NCBI RefSeq assembly: GCF_963921235.1
Contig: NC_086097.1
Span: forward strand, 128,590,001-128,654,000
Origin: Mobula hypostoma
Taxonomy: Eukaryota
DNA length: 64,000 nucleotides
Direction: 5' to 3'
Below the pieces are notes generated by a model. The model saw nothing but the letters and a program-made list of their open reading frames with translations, had not been told where the DNA came from and made no database searches. Below, piece by piece: positions 1-11,460 of the stretch (positions are counted from its first letter, which is position 1; each line of letters opens with the position of its first letter). The position numbers were made by a program, and so were the translations under genes.

Positions 1-1398
1 GGGAGTAGAAAATTATAGACCAGTGAGTCTTACTTCAGTCGTTGGTAAATTGATGGAGAAGATCTTGAGAGGCAGGATTTATGAACATTTGGAGAGGCAT
101 AATATGATTAGGAATAGTCAGCATGGCTTTGTCAAAGGCAGGTCATGCCTTACGAGTCTGATTGAATTTTTTGAGGATGTGACTAAACACATTGATGAAG
201 GTAGAGCAGTAGATGTAGGGTATATGGATTTCAGCAAGGCATTTGACAAGGTACCCCATGCAAGGCTTATTGAGAAAGTAAGGAGGCATGGAATCCAAGG
301 GAACATTGCTTTGTGGATCCAGAACTGGCTTGCCCACAGAAGGAAAAGAGTGGTGGTAGACGGGTCATATTCTGCATGGAGGTCGGTCACCAGTGCTGTG
401 CCTCAGAGATCTGTTCTGGGACCCCTACTCCTTGTGATTTTTATAAATGACTTGGATGATGAAGTGGAGAGATGGGTTAGTAAACTTGCTGATGGGACAT
501 AGGGTGGGGGTTTTTGTGGATAGTGTGAAGGACTGTCAGAGGTTACAGCGGGACATGAATAGGGTGCAAAACTGGGCTGAGAAGTGGCAGTTGGAGTTCA
601 ATCCAGATAAGTGTGAGGTGGTTCATTTTGGTAGGTCAAATATGATGGCAGAATATAGTACTAATGGTAATATTCTTGGCAGTGTGGAGGATCAGAGGGA
701 TCTTAGGGTCTGAGTCCATAGGACACTCAAAACTGCTGTGCAGGTTCATTCTGTGGTTAAGAAGGCATATGGTGCATTGGGCATCATCAAACGTGGGATT
801 AAGTTTAGGAGCCGAGAGATAATGTTGGAGCTGTATAGGACCCTGGTCAGATCCCACTTTGAGTACTGTGTTCATTTCTGGTCGCCTCACTACAGGAAGG
901 AAGTGGAAGCCATAGAAAGGGTGCAGAGGAGATTTTCAAGGATGTTGCCTGGATTGGGGAGCATGCCTTATGAGAATAGGTTGAGTGAACTTGGCCTTTT
1001 TACCTTGGAGCAACGGAGGATGAGAGGTGACCTGATAGAGGTGTATAAGATGATGAGAGGTATTGATCGTTTGGATAGTCAGAAGCTTTTTCCCAGGGCT
1101 GAAATGGCTAGCACAAGAGGGCACAGTTTTAAGGTGCTTGGAAGCAGGTACAGAGGAGATGTCAGGGGCAAGTTTTTTACGCAGAGAATGGTGAGTTAAT
1201 GGAACGGGCTGCTGGCAACGGTGGTGGAGGCAGATACGATAGGGTCTTTTAAGAGACTCCTGGACAGGTACATGGAGCTCAGAAAAATAGAGAGCTATAG
1301 GTAACCCTAGGTAACTTTTAAGGTAAGGACATGTTCGGCACAGCAGTGTGGGCCAAAGGGCTTGTATTGTGCTGTAGGTTTTCTATGTTCTCTATGTT
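1..1398 (+). mobile_element. CR1 LINE 3' portion, cut by the window edge (RT domain broken by frameshifts/stops, plus 3' UTR)
   Basis: ORFs 23-502, 447-713 and 738-1199 carry CR1 RT motifs (SLTSVVGKLME, QHGF, MDFSKAFDKVPH, GPLL, KLAD, RGDLIEVYK, TRGHSFK); ends in a TTCTATGTT tail. Confidence 0.95.
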
Positions 1399-1640
1399 GT
1401 AGTGGTCAGCACAATGCTTTACAGTACAGGTGACCGCGGTTCAATTCCTGCTACTGCCTGTAAGAAGTTTGTATGTTCTCCCCGTGACCACATGGGTTTC
1501 CTCCCACAGTCTAAAGACATACCAGCTAGTAGGTGCATTGGTCATTGTAAATTGTAGCATGATTAGACTAGGTTTAAATTGGAAGAATTGCTGGGCTGTG
1601 TAGCTCAAAGAGCCAGAAGGGCCTTCTCCGGGCTTTTGAG
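1399..1640 (+). mobile_element. tRNA-derived V-SINE (HE1-like)
   Basis: A-box-like TAGTGGT, B-box GGTTCAATTCC, V-domain GTTTGTATGTTCTCCCCGTGACC...GGTTTCCTCCCACAGTCTAAAGAC. Confidence 0.75.
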
Positions 1641-1887
1641 TTCTTACGTTGCCGAGCATGATGCCGTCTGGAGTTTAGCTTCGAGTACGGTCACCCCTAG
1701 TGAGCTTACATGGAATATTGTGAGCTGTTTTGGACCCACAGCACCTTCAGACCTTGTTTGGGCAAACCCTCCGACAAGAATATCCAGAGGATATAGAAAA
1801 ACGTTGTTGCTGCTTAAATCCACCATCGTCGACACCCGCAAAAATATCAAGATTAGTTTGATGATCATGACATGGTGATAGACTAAC

Positions 1888-2060
1888 TCAAAGTTCAAAG
1901 TTCAAAGTAAATTTATTACCGAAGTACATATATGTCACCATTTCCAACCCTGAGTTTCATTTTCTTGCGGGCATACACAGTAAATCCGAGAAACACAATA
2001 GAATCAATGAAAGACCCCACCCAACAGGGTGATCAAACAACCAATGTGCAATGAGAAAAG
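1888..2060 (-). mobile_element. 3' end of a Rex1/Babar-tailed retroelement
   Basis: (TTTGAAC)n tail and AATAAA on the minus strand, the same tail as the Rex1 copy ending near 31954. Confidence 0.6.
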
Positions 2061-2064
2061 GAGC

Positions 2065-2412
2065 AACTGCCCTCAGAGCTCAGCGATGCTCTACTACTGA
2101 CCATATCCAAGAAGGAAGACACGGCAGACCGAGGCAATTACAGAGACTTCCCCCTCTTGCCATCAACAGGCAAAGTGCTTGACTGTATCCTTGTCAACTG
2201 TCTTTATTATCTGATAAAGTAGTCCCAGAGTCACCGTCTGATTTCCACCCATCTAGTGGTACACAGACATGACCTTCACAATATGGCAATTACAGGAAAA
2301 ATGATGTGAACAAAGGCAACATTTGTACTTGGCTTTCAAAGATTTGACAAAGGCTTTTGATACAGTAGACTGCCAAACTCTCTGGTGTATATCATCAGGA
2401 CATGGCTGTCCT
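2065..2412 (+). mobile_element. Degenerate RTE-clade LINE RT fragment
   Basis: Decayed motifs resembling GNYR..., PES, DMTFT, QLQEK, DLTKAFDTV. Confidence 0.65.
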
Positions 2413-3139
2413 GGTATCCACACTGTACTAGAATATGTGGATCCTGGATCAGCCTCTACAGCCACTGGAGGACCCACTGATAGATAACCCCCCTTAGGAG
2501 AAAACCTTACTCAAATGGAGTGATTGCGCTACTATTTGCCAACTGGGATATGTCCAGCACAGCAGAATATACAAATGAAAGAGAAAGGAAAAGGGTAATG
2601 CCAGGCAAAAATGGAAAAAAAATTATGTTTCTTATGGTTGGAGTGTTTAGGATGCTTGATGCAATGCCAATCAAGTAGGCTACTTTGTCCTGCTTTGTGT
2701 CTTGAGAACTGATGATATTTTACACACCCAGACAAACAAAAAGTACGCCATCATCTCCCTGAGTGTATCCAATTCCTATTGCTCAATCTCTTCTTCGATC
2801 TGTGAAAGATGTGCATCCCAAATCCTAACCGCTCATTGTGTTAAAACAATTTTATCCTCGAGTCACCTAAAATCCTTTCACCAAACATTTTAATTCTGCT
2901 CCTCTGGTTAGCAAAAACAAAACAGTGATTCGTTTCAGTAAATGCCATTCAGTTCCATAGACCATCTAAGAATTCTGAGATCAGAGATATCTGTGCTGCC
3001 TTCAGGACAACTGTGGTGTTCTGACAGTAATTTATTCTTCCTGGAGAAAATATAGAAATTTGCAAAATGTTGACACCCATGTCTGTGACTTTAACATAGC
3101 TCATCATATCTATAGATTTAATCATCGGTTGAAAACAGA

Positions 3140-3405
3140 CACCCTGTGGTCATGTATAGGAGTTTGCATGCTCTTCTTGTGACATTATGCATTTCTCCCA
3201 CATCCCAAAGACATAGTTTGATAGGTTAATTAGTTGCTGTGAGTTGTCCATAGTGTGTAGTGTGTGGTGGCATATGAGGGGAGAAAATAAGAAAAAGGGC
3301 AAAAATAAAAGTGAGGTTAATTTAAGATTATTGCAAATGACCAATTGATGATTGGCATGACTTGGTGGGTTGTTACCATGCTATCTCTCTCTCTCTTTCT
3401 CTCTA
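3140..3405 (+). mobile_element. Degenerate V-SINE fragment
   Basis: GGAGTTTGCATGCTCT...TTTCTCCCACATCCCAAAGAC...GGTTAATT V-domain remnant. Confidence 0.55.
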
Positions 3406-5733
3406 GAAATCCTGTGGTAAGCAATTAATCGATAGCAGTTATACTTATTCCTGAATAAATAGCTCAATTTTACTCAATCAAGCTGAAAATATGAACTGAA
3501 GAAAATTGGCAACGGACACCAGTGCAAGTTACAACACACTTGCTTTTGGGATAATTTTTAATGGTGCACAAAAATATATATATAAATTGAAAGCAAAAGA
3601 AAAATGAGAATTACTCCAATGTGATGAAAGAACTTAACTCAGAAATACTGCTTGAATATAAATTTGACTTTGCGCAAGAATATTAGTAAGCCTTTGACTG
3701 CGAATGTTAATTGGAAATACAATGGGCACTCGATATCATTTGGTATCAGTGATCAAAAATGGTTTTCTGTCCATTTGTAACTAGGTCAAAAATGAAATAG
3801 CTCAAGGAAGGGAAAACACTCAGGAAAGTATAAATGCAAGAATGTGAATTAACTAAGTACAGAATGCATGGAAGGGAGTTACTATCAGTTAAAGTGCTGC
3901 ACTTTCGTCTGAAGGAAGGTTGCAATGGGACAGATGTTACGTACGATCATATCCCTTTCTAGCAGATTAAGCAGACGTACTATTAGTCACAAGGTGTGCA
4001 AAGATCACATTACTGCAGGTGGCAATGAAGTAAGCTTTACAGGAATGCCACTCGAAAACCATGAGTGATGAAGAATCATTAATCAGATCAGTATTGTGGA
4101 GAAGTCTGAACCAACACCCTTTCCCATTTAGCATCGAATTCTCCATTCTTGTTATTAAACAGATATAAAGCATCAGCATGCACCTTCCTGCATCAATAAA
4201 CAGTCAGGGACTGAATAAAATAGAATTCATTGTCAGAACAGGTTCAATATAGATTCTTTGGTAATCCTTTAACAACTAGATCTGAATCATTTCCTTCCTA
4301 GCAAATGTAAAACTGGTTGTTTCTTTCTTACGTAATGTGTGTCCTTTGACTTTTGTCGTATAGATGTCTGCATGGGGGTAGAGGAAAGCACAGAGAGAGT
4401 GAGCAAAGAGTTCAGAAATGAGAGGAAGTTTGAGTATGAGGAACACTGTGATAAGAGAAAGGTTTAAAAAGATTTTATTTCCACAGCACCTTTTGTATCC
4501 TCTGGAGCCCAACAGCACTGTATTTGGAATCAATGGCTTTTCTTCAGACATAGATACTTTTGGAGTAGCTGACATCCCAGCTAGCTCACTTCTAACTTTC
4601 CCAAAGGCACTGAGATAATCTCTAAAATAATGTTAGGCTGAACTCTTTCAGCCCTTCACTGATCCCTGCTTTTGTTCTCTTTTCCCTTTCTCCTTCTCTC
4701 TGGACTTTTACATTTGTTCCAGCTTGAACTTTTCCCAGCTCTGAAAAAAAAAGTCAGGAAGTGAAGTGTTATCTGTGGTTCTCCATAGCTGTTGCTTCAC
4801 TAGCCGAGTCCCTCTGGCCATTGTCTGTTTTCATTTCAGACCTGAGGTATCTTCAGACCTTTGCTACCTCAAGAGCTCTTCGCTACTATAATGTTGCAGT
4901 ACAGAACCTGGCCTTTGCTTCTCTTCGTCAATGTATTGGACTGGCATTCACTATCTATGGGTAACATGATAGATTAACCTTATAAGCTTGTTCTGGATGA
5001 AAACCACCTTGCAAAATGTATCCTGTGGATGCTTCTCAATCTGCCAGGATAAGGACCGAAGTGTTGGCGGGGGGGGGGGGGCGCGGTGGTCTATGATTAC
5101 GGGAGAGCCAAGAATGCATGGGTGAGGTTAGAACCACATCTGGCATGACCTTACTAAATGGCAGCAGAAGCTCAGGGGCCGAGTGCACCCAGTCCTTCCG
5201 GGCATGAGAAATATGAGTCTCCTCCACCACTTGTTGCAAGGTTGACTGATTACATCCTAGCCTCATCTCCAATCTGCTCCCTGTTCTCGTTAACCTATTC
5301 CTCCTTGATTCCCCTGTCCATCTCAGCTCGAGGCATAATCAGTGATTCAGCCTGCACTGCTCTCGATGACAGGAGAAGTAATTCCTTTTTATTCCTATTG
5401 GACAACTCTCCAATGCCCTCCACAGCCAGTGCTAGGGGACTTGTAATGATTTTGCTGTTATGTGCAATGCCACCAGCCCCTTTCCACATGAGTCTACAGA
5501 CATTGTTGAAGGGAGTCATATGCTAAAATAAAGCTCCAATTTTTGTTAATGCACATAGAAAACAACCTATTGATCTGGATACATCACAGTTGATATGGCA
5601 ACAGCTCAGTCCAAGACCAGAAGAAACTTCAGAGTGCTGTGGATGCAGCTCAGAACATCACAGAAACCAGTCTCCCCTCCATGAGCTCATCTACACCTCA
5701 CTGCCTTGTGAAAACAGCCAACGTAATCAAAGA

Positions 5734-6947
5734 ATCTGCTCTCAGGATGAGGCTTTTCATTCTAGGACGAGGGAGATGTCTTCATTTTTTAAAGAAAGGG
5801 GCTTCCCTTCCTCCACTATCAACTCTGTTCTTAAACGCATCTCCCCCATTTCACGTACATCTGCTCTCACTCCATCCTCCCACCACCCCACTAGGAATAG
5901 GGTTCCCCTGGTCCTCACCTACCACCCCACCAGCCTCCGGGTCCAACATATTATTCTCCGTAACTTCCGCCACCTCCAACGGGATCCCACCACTAAGCAT
6001 ATCTTTCCCTCCCCGCCTCTCTCTGCATTCCGCAGGGATCGCTCCCTACACAACTCCCTTGTCCATTCGTCCCCCCCATCCCTCCCCACTGATCTCCCTG
6101 CTGGCACTTATCCGTGTAAGCGGAACAAGTGCTACACATGCCCTTACACTTCCTCCCTTACCACCATTCAGGGCCCCAAACAGTCCTTCCAGGTGAGGCA
6201 TCACTTCACCTGTGAGTCGACTGGGGTGATATACTGCGTCCGGTGCTCCCGATGTGGCCTTTTATATATTGGTGAGACCCGACGCAGACTGGGAGACCGC
6301 TTTGCTGAACATCTACGCTCTGTCCGCCAGAGAAAGCAGGATCTCCCAGTGGCCACACATTTTAATTCCACATCCCATTCCCATTCTGACATGTCTATCC
6401 ACGGCCTCCTCTACTGTAAAGATGAAGCCACACTCAGGTTGGAGGAACAACACCTTATATTCCGTCTGGGTAGCCTCCAACCTGATGGCATGAACATTGA
6501 CTTCTCTAACTTCCGCTAGGCCCCACCTCCCCCTCGTACCCCATCTGTTACTCTTTTTAATGCACACATTCTTTCTCTCACTCTCCTTTTTCTCCCTCTG
6601 TCCCTCTGAATATACCTCTTGCTCATCCTCTGGGTCACCCCCCCCCCCGGTCTTTCTTCCCGGACCTCCTGTCCCATGATCCTCTCGTATCCCCTTTTGC
6701 CTATCACCTGTCCAGCTCTCGGCTCCATCCCTCCCCTTCCTGTCTTCTCCTATCATTTTGCATCTCCCCCTCCCCCTCCAGCTTTCAAATCCCTTACTCA
6801 CTCTTCCTTCAGTTAGTCCTGACGAAGGGTCTCGGCCTGAAACGTCGACTGCGCCTCTTCCTATAGATGCTGCCTGGCCTGCTGTGTTCACCAGCAACTT
6901 TGATGTATGTTGCTTGAATTTCCAGCATCTGCAGAATTCCTGTTGTT
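5734..6947 (+). mobile_element. Penelope-like element (Neptune-type), 5'-truncated: RT C-terminus, CxxxxCxxC linker, GIY-YIG, 3' UTR with hammerhead
   Basis: RICS, PLVLTYHP, CKRNKCYTC, VIYCVRCSRCGLLYIGET, HLRS, VATHF, PDGMN; TSD AACGTAATCAAAGA at 5720-5733 and 6948-6961. Confidence 0.95.
6815..6850 (+). ncRNA. Minimal type I hammerhead ribozyme (PLE-associated)
   Basis: AGTC-CTGACGA-AGG(gtctcgg)CCT-GAAA-CG-TC-GACT: stem I AGTC/GACT, both core boxes, palindromic ACGT stem III, GUC cleavage triplet ending at 6846. Confidence 0.85.
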
Positions 6948-8110
6948 AACGTAATCAAAGACCCCACCCACCCCAGATATTTTCTCTTTTTCCCACCTTT
7001 CTTCAGATAATAATGCAAAATCCTGAAAGCATGTACCACTGGGCTCAAGAACAGCTTCAGTCCCAAGGATATAAGATTATTGAATGGACCTCTTACAATT
7101 AGATGGTCCCTGACCTCACAATCTACCTTGTCATGGCCTTGCACCTTATTTTCTACCTGCACTGCACTTTCTCTATAACTGCAAATATACTGTACATTCT
7201 TCATTATGGTATCATTACCATAATGCTATGTGTTTGCATTATGATGTACTGATATAATGAAATAATCTGTAAAGATTGCATGCAAAACAAAGATTTTCAC
7301 TGTACATATGACAACAATAAACTAATTAATGAACAATAAGTAAAAAGTATACCACATACACCCAGGGCATGACGTGTATGAAACTGTCTTGTGTTCAGCC
7401 AGAAACTGGCCACTTGGTTTCTCAAGCCTGCTGCACTTTGCAATAATATCTTGCTGCCTTGATTATAACATCCACTGTGCATTCCTGGCTGCCCTCAGTA
7501 ACCTTCTGTCTGGCTTTTGTTCTCATCCTGATGGATTGTGATGCATCCGGTGGATATACATGGCATGGTTGCTATCAGGTTAATTGTCACTTTTCTTTGC
7601 TGTCTGGTTCAGTAAGTTCCAAACCACTTGAAACCGAGATATAGATTCCTTGGGTGTTTTCTTTCAAACGCTCACGTGACGCCACTATGTGGCTGCTTAA
7701 TGGGTGTCTTACAGTGCTGTGGACAAAAAAAAAGAGTATTCAATAGTGCTGTCAGAATGCTAGTCCAGAATATTGATTTCTAACGTGTATTTGTTCAGTA
7801 CCCAGCTACTAAATAGACAGCCATCTCTTTTATGAAAATCTTGATGAAAGATGATGACAAAGGATTTATACTGAGACACTGTATGCATCAGGATCTTGAT
7901 GTATGGGAGCTTTTCAAAGTATAAACCCATTGACTGTCTATCAGCAAAATAAATGTTCATTTGGGATCTGGTGAGGTTCAGAAATGAAACCCAGTCCAGA
8001 CCTGACCTGACCTCATCCAATCCAAACCCAAACCGACTACAGTTAATCCAACACACATCAAAGTTGCTGGTGAACGCAGCAGGCCAAGCAGCATCTGTAG
8101 GAAGAGGTGC

Positions 8111-8146
8111 AGTCGACGTTTCAGGCCGAGACCCTTCGTCAGGACT
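8111..8146 (-). ncRNA. Minimal hammerhead ribozyme copy
   Basis: Reverse complement of the 6815-6850 motif. Confidence 0.83.
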
Positions 8147-8973
8147 AACTGAAGGAAGAGTGAGTAAGGGATTTGAAAGTTGGAGGGGGAGGGTGAGATC
8201 CAAAATGACAGGAGAAGACAGGAGGGGGAGGGATGGAGCCAAGAGCTGGACAGGTGATAGGCAAAAGGGGATACGAGAGGATCATGGGACAGGAGGTCCA
8301 GGAAGAAAGACAAGGGGGGGGGACCCAGAGGATGGGCAAGAGGTATATTCAGAGGGACAGAGGGAGAAAAAGGAGAGTGAGAGAAAGAAGGTGTGCATAA
8401 AAATGAGTAACAGATGGGGTACAAGGGGAAGGTGGGGCCTTAGCGGAAGTTAGAGAAATCGATGTTCATGCTATCAGGTTGGAGGGTACCCAGACGGAAT
8501 ATAAGGTGTTGTTCCTCCAACCAGTGGCCACACATTTTAATTCCACATCCCATTCCCATTCTGACATGTCTATCCACGGCCTCCTCTACTGTAAAGATGA
8601 AGCCACACTCAGGTTGGAGGAACAACACCTTATATTCCGTCTGGGTAGCCTCCAACCTGATGGCATGAACATCGACTTCTCTAACTTCCGCTAAGGCCCC
8701 ACCTCCCCCCCCGTACCCCATCTGTTACTCATTTTTATGCACACATTCTTTCTCTCACTCTCCTTTTTCTCCCTCTGTCCCTCTGAATATACCTCTTGCC
8801 CCCCCCCCGTCTTTCTTCCCGGACCTCCTGTCCCATGATCCTCTCTTATCCCCTTTTGCCTATCACCTGTCCAGCTCTTGGCTCCATCCCTCCCCCTCCT
8901 GTCTTCTCCTATCATTTTGGATCTCCCCCTCCCCTTCCAACTTTCAAATCCCTTACTCACTCTTCCTTCAGTT

Positions 8974-9009
8974 AGTCCTGACGAAGGGTCTCGGCCTGAA
9001 ACGTCGACT
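8974..9009 (+). ncRNA. Minimal hammerhead ribozyme copy
   Basis: AGTCCTGACGAAGGGTCTCGGCCTGAAACGTCGACT. Confidence 0.85.
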
Positions 9010-9269
9010 GCACCTCTTCCTACAGATGCTGCCTAGCCTGCTGCGTTCACCAGCAACTTTGTTGTGTGTTGCTTGAATTTCCAGCATCTGCAGAATTCCT
9101 GTTGTTTACAGTTAATCCAATCTGACCTGGCCCAAGCAAAAGTTTGTCAATTGTCAAAATTGTTTTTTTTTTCCTTTTTATGCCCCCACTTTAAATTCAT
9201 GGGTGTTAAAGCATCAGATGACCTATGGTGGGGCCCAGTACATAGATAGATCACATGGAAGATGTGCCA

Positions 9270-9600
9270 ACTTCTTCATTTTCTCAGTACTTTAAGGTTC
9301 AGCATGCCACCAAACTCTCTAACAAATTTCTACAGATGTACTATTGAAAGTGTTCTGACTCACTTCATCCCAGTCAGATGCAGCAATTTGATTGCAGAGG
9401 AATATTAGAAGCTGCAGAGAGTAGTGGACTCTGCCTAATACATCATCGGCACATCCCTCCCCGCAACTGCTTCAAGATTGCAACGTCTGTCCTCACCATC
9501 CTGGCCATGGCATTTTCTTGTAGCTATCACTGAGCAGGAGGTCCAGAAGCCTGCAGTCCCAAACCACCCGGTTCAAGAAAAGGGTCTGACTTCCTTTCAA
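9270..9600 (+). mobile_element. Degenerate Rex1/Babar 3' fragment
   Basis: AAATTTCTACAGATGTACTATTGAAAGTGTTCTGAC (NFYRCTIESVL) motif. Confidence 0.65.
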
Positions 9601-9867
9601 TCATTCAGTACCAAATCCAACCATTACAGCCCTAATCACTGCTTCACCGTGACCACTTTCACCACCTTACACATCGGCCTTCATTACTCAGGGCACTGTG
9701 TGTCGGAGTTGTGAGGTTATGTTGCAGCTGTGCAGGCTGCTGGTGAGAGTACACGAAGGGTATTGTAAAGAAGAGCCTTGGCCCGAAATATGGACTGTTT
9801 ATTCATTTCCATAGATGTTGCCTGACCTGCTGAGTTCCTCCAGCAACTTGCGTGTGTTGCTCTGGAT

Positions 9868-10460
9868 TTTTTTTTAAATTATGAGGACACGCAGTCCTCT
9901 TTTATTGTTATTTAGTAATGCATGCATTAAGAAATGATGCAATGTTTTTCCAGAATGATATCACGAAAACACATGACAAACTGACTTAAAAACTAACAAA
10001 AACCACATAACTATAACATATAGTTATAACAGTGCAAAGCAATACCGTAATTTGATAAGAACAGACCATGGCACGGTAAAAGTCTCAAAGTCTCTCGAAA
10101 ATCGCATCATCTCACGCAGACGGTGAACCTCCAGCGCCGCCAACTTGCTGTTGCAGCATACTGGAAGCATCCGACCACAGTCCGACTCCAAGCCTGTCCG
10201 AAAACTCTGAGCCTCCAACCAGCTCTCTGACGCCGAGCACTGAGCACCATCTCTGCCGAGCACTTCGACCCCGGCCCCGGCAACAGGCAATAGGCAAAGC
10301 CAAGGATTTGGGGCCTTCCCCTCCGGAGATTCTCGATCGCACAGTAGCAGCGGCAGCAAAGCGGCATTTCAGAAGTTACTCCAGGTGTTCCTCCGTGCTT
10401 GTCACGTCTGTCTCCATCAAATCCTGATTGTGCACGGCCCCCTAGTTAACACATATGATA
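9868..10460 (-). mobile_element. Poly(A)-tailed non-LTR or SINE-like insertion inside an old PLE tail
   Basis: T-run at the left end, AATAAA on the minus strand, CpG-rich body; it splits the PLE tail CTCTGGATTT / CAGCACCTGCAGACTTTCTCGTGTTT. Confidence 0.55.
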
Positions 10461-10494
10461 CTTCAGCACCTGCAGACTTTCTCGTGTTTATTAT

Positions 10495-10980
10495 TAGGGG
10501 TATTGTGTATAGTTTTGGTCATCCTTTTACAAGAATGTTGCCAGGGCTCAAGGGCCTGATCTGAGCAAGCTAGAACTTTATTCCTTGGAGTGTAGGAGAC
10601 TGAGAGGTGACTTTAAAGAGGTGTATAAGATCAGGAGAGGCATAGATAAGATGAACAAACGTTGTCCTTTTCCCAGGGAAAAGGAATCAAAAACTGGAGG
10701 ACAGAAGTTTCAGTTGAGAGGATAAAGTTTTAAAGGTGATCTGAGGAGCAAATTAATCGCATAAAGGATGTTCCGTTTATGGAACAAGCTGCCAGAAAAA
10801 GTGGTTGAAGCAGGTGCAGTCACAATACTTGAAAGACATTTGGACTGGTACATGGATAGGAAAGGTTTAGAGGGACATGGATCAAATGCAGGAAAATGGC
10901 ACAGGATTAGATGATCACCTCAGTCAGTATGGAGAAGTTGGTCAAAGAGCCTGTTTCCATGCTGTATGACTATGACGGTA
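10495..10980 (+). mobile_element. Old CR1 3' end
   Basis: AGGAGACTGAGAGGTGACTTTAAAGAGGTGTATAAG (RRLRGDFKEVYK), CR1 3' UTR, CTATGA tail. Confidence 0.8.
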
Positions 10981-11114
10981 TGAATATGCTGCGGATGAGA
11001 CTGTGAATGCCGTGTGTATCTGTGAGAAGAAAGCTCAAGTGCACGCAAGCTAGAGTGTGGCCATCGTATCTGTCTGCGGAATTCAATCCTTGTGCCGCAG
11101 GGTATCGTCTCCAG

Positions 11115-11460
11115 TCATAAGACCATAAAACACAGGAGCAGAATTAGGCCACTCGGCCCATCGAGTCTGCTCTGCCATACCATCATGGCTGATTTATTAA
11201 CTCTGTCAACCTCATTCTCCTGCCATTTCCCTGTAACATTTGATGCCCTTACTCATCAAGAACCTACAAACGTCCCCGCTAAGTACGACTTGGCCTCCAC
11301 AGCCATCTGTGGCAATGAATACCACAGAATCATCACCTTCTGGATAAAGAGATGCCTCGTCATCCCTGTTCTAAAGGGACATCCTTGTATTCTGAGGCTG
11401 AGCCTTCTGGTCCCACTGCAGGAAAGATCCTCTCCACCTCCACTCCCGCTAGGCCTTTAG
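11115..11460 (-). mobile_element. CR1 3' end
   Basis: Minus-strand CR1 terminus (CATAAGACCATAA…AGGAGCAGAATTAGGCC). Confidence 0.75.

Larger units (their letters stand above)
5575..7330 (+). mobile_element. Old Rex1/Babar-type 3' fragment split by the PLE insertion at 5734-6947
   Basis: Sequence reads through across the 14-bp TSD (…AACAGCC AACGTAATCAAAGA CCCCACCCACCC…); related to fragments near 17170-17520 and 52460-52790. Confidence 0.65.
8052..9106. mobile_element. Head-to-head (inverted) pair of PLE 3' fragments forming one insertion
   Basis: Minus arm 8052-8522, plus arm about 8521-9106 with the complete 3' end GAATTCCTGTTGTT; TSD TACAGTTAATCCAA at 8038-8051 and 9107-9120. Confidence 0.93.

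Noticed and set aside
5590..6519. 309-aa ORF as a novel gene
   Set aside because: Chance in-frame fusion of about 48 codons of host Rex sequence to a 5'-truncated PLE; the start codon is TTG.
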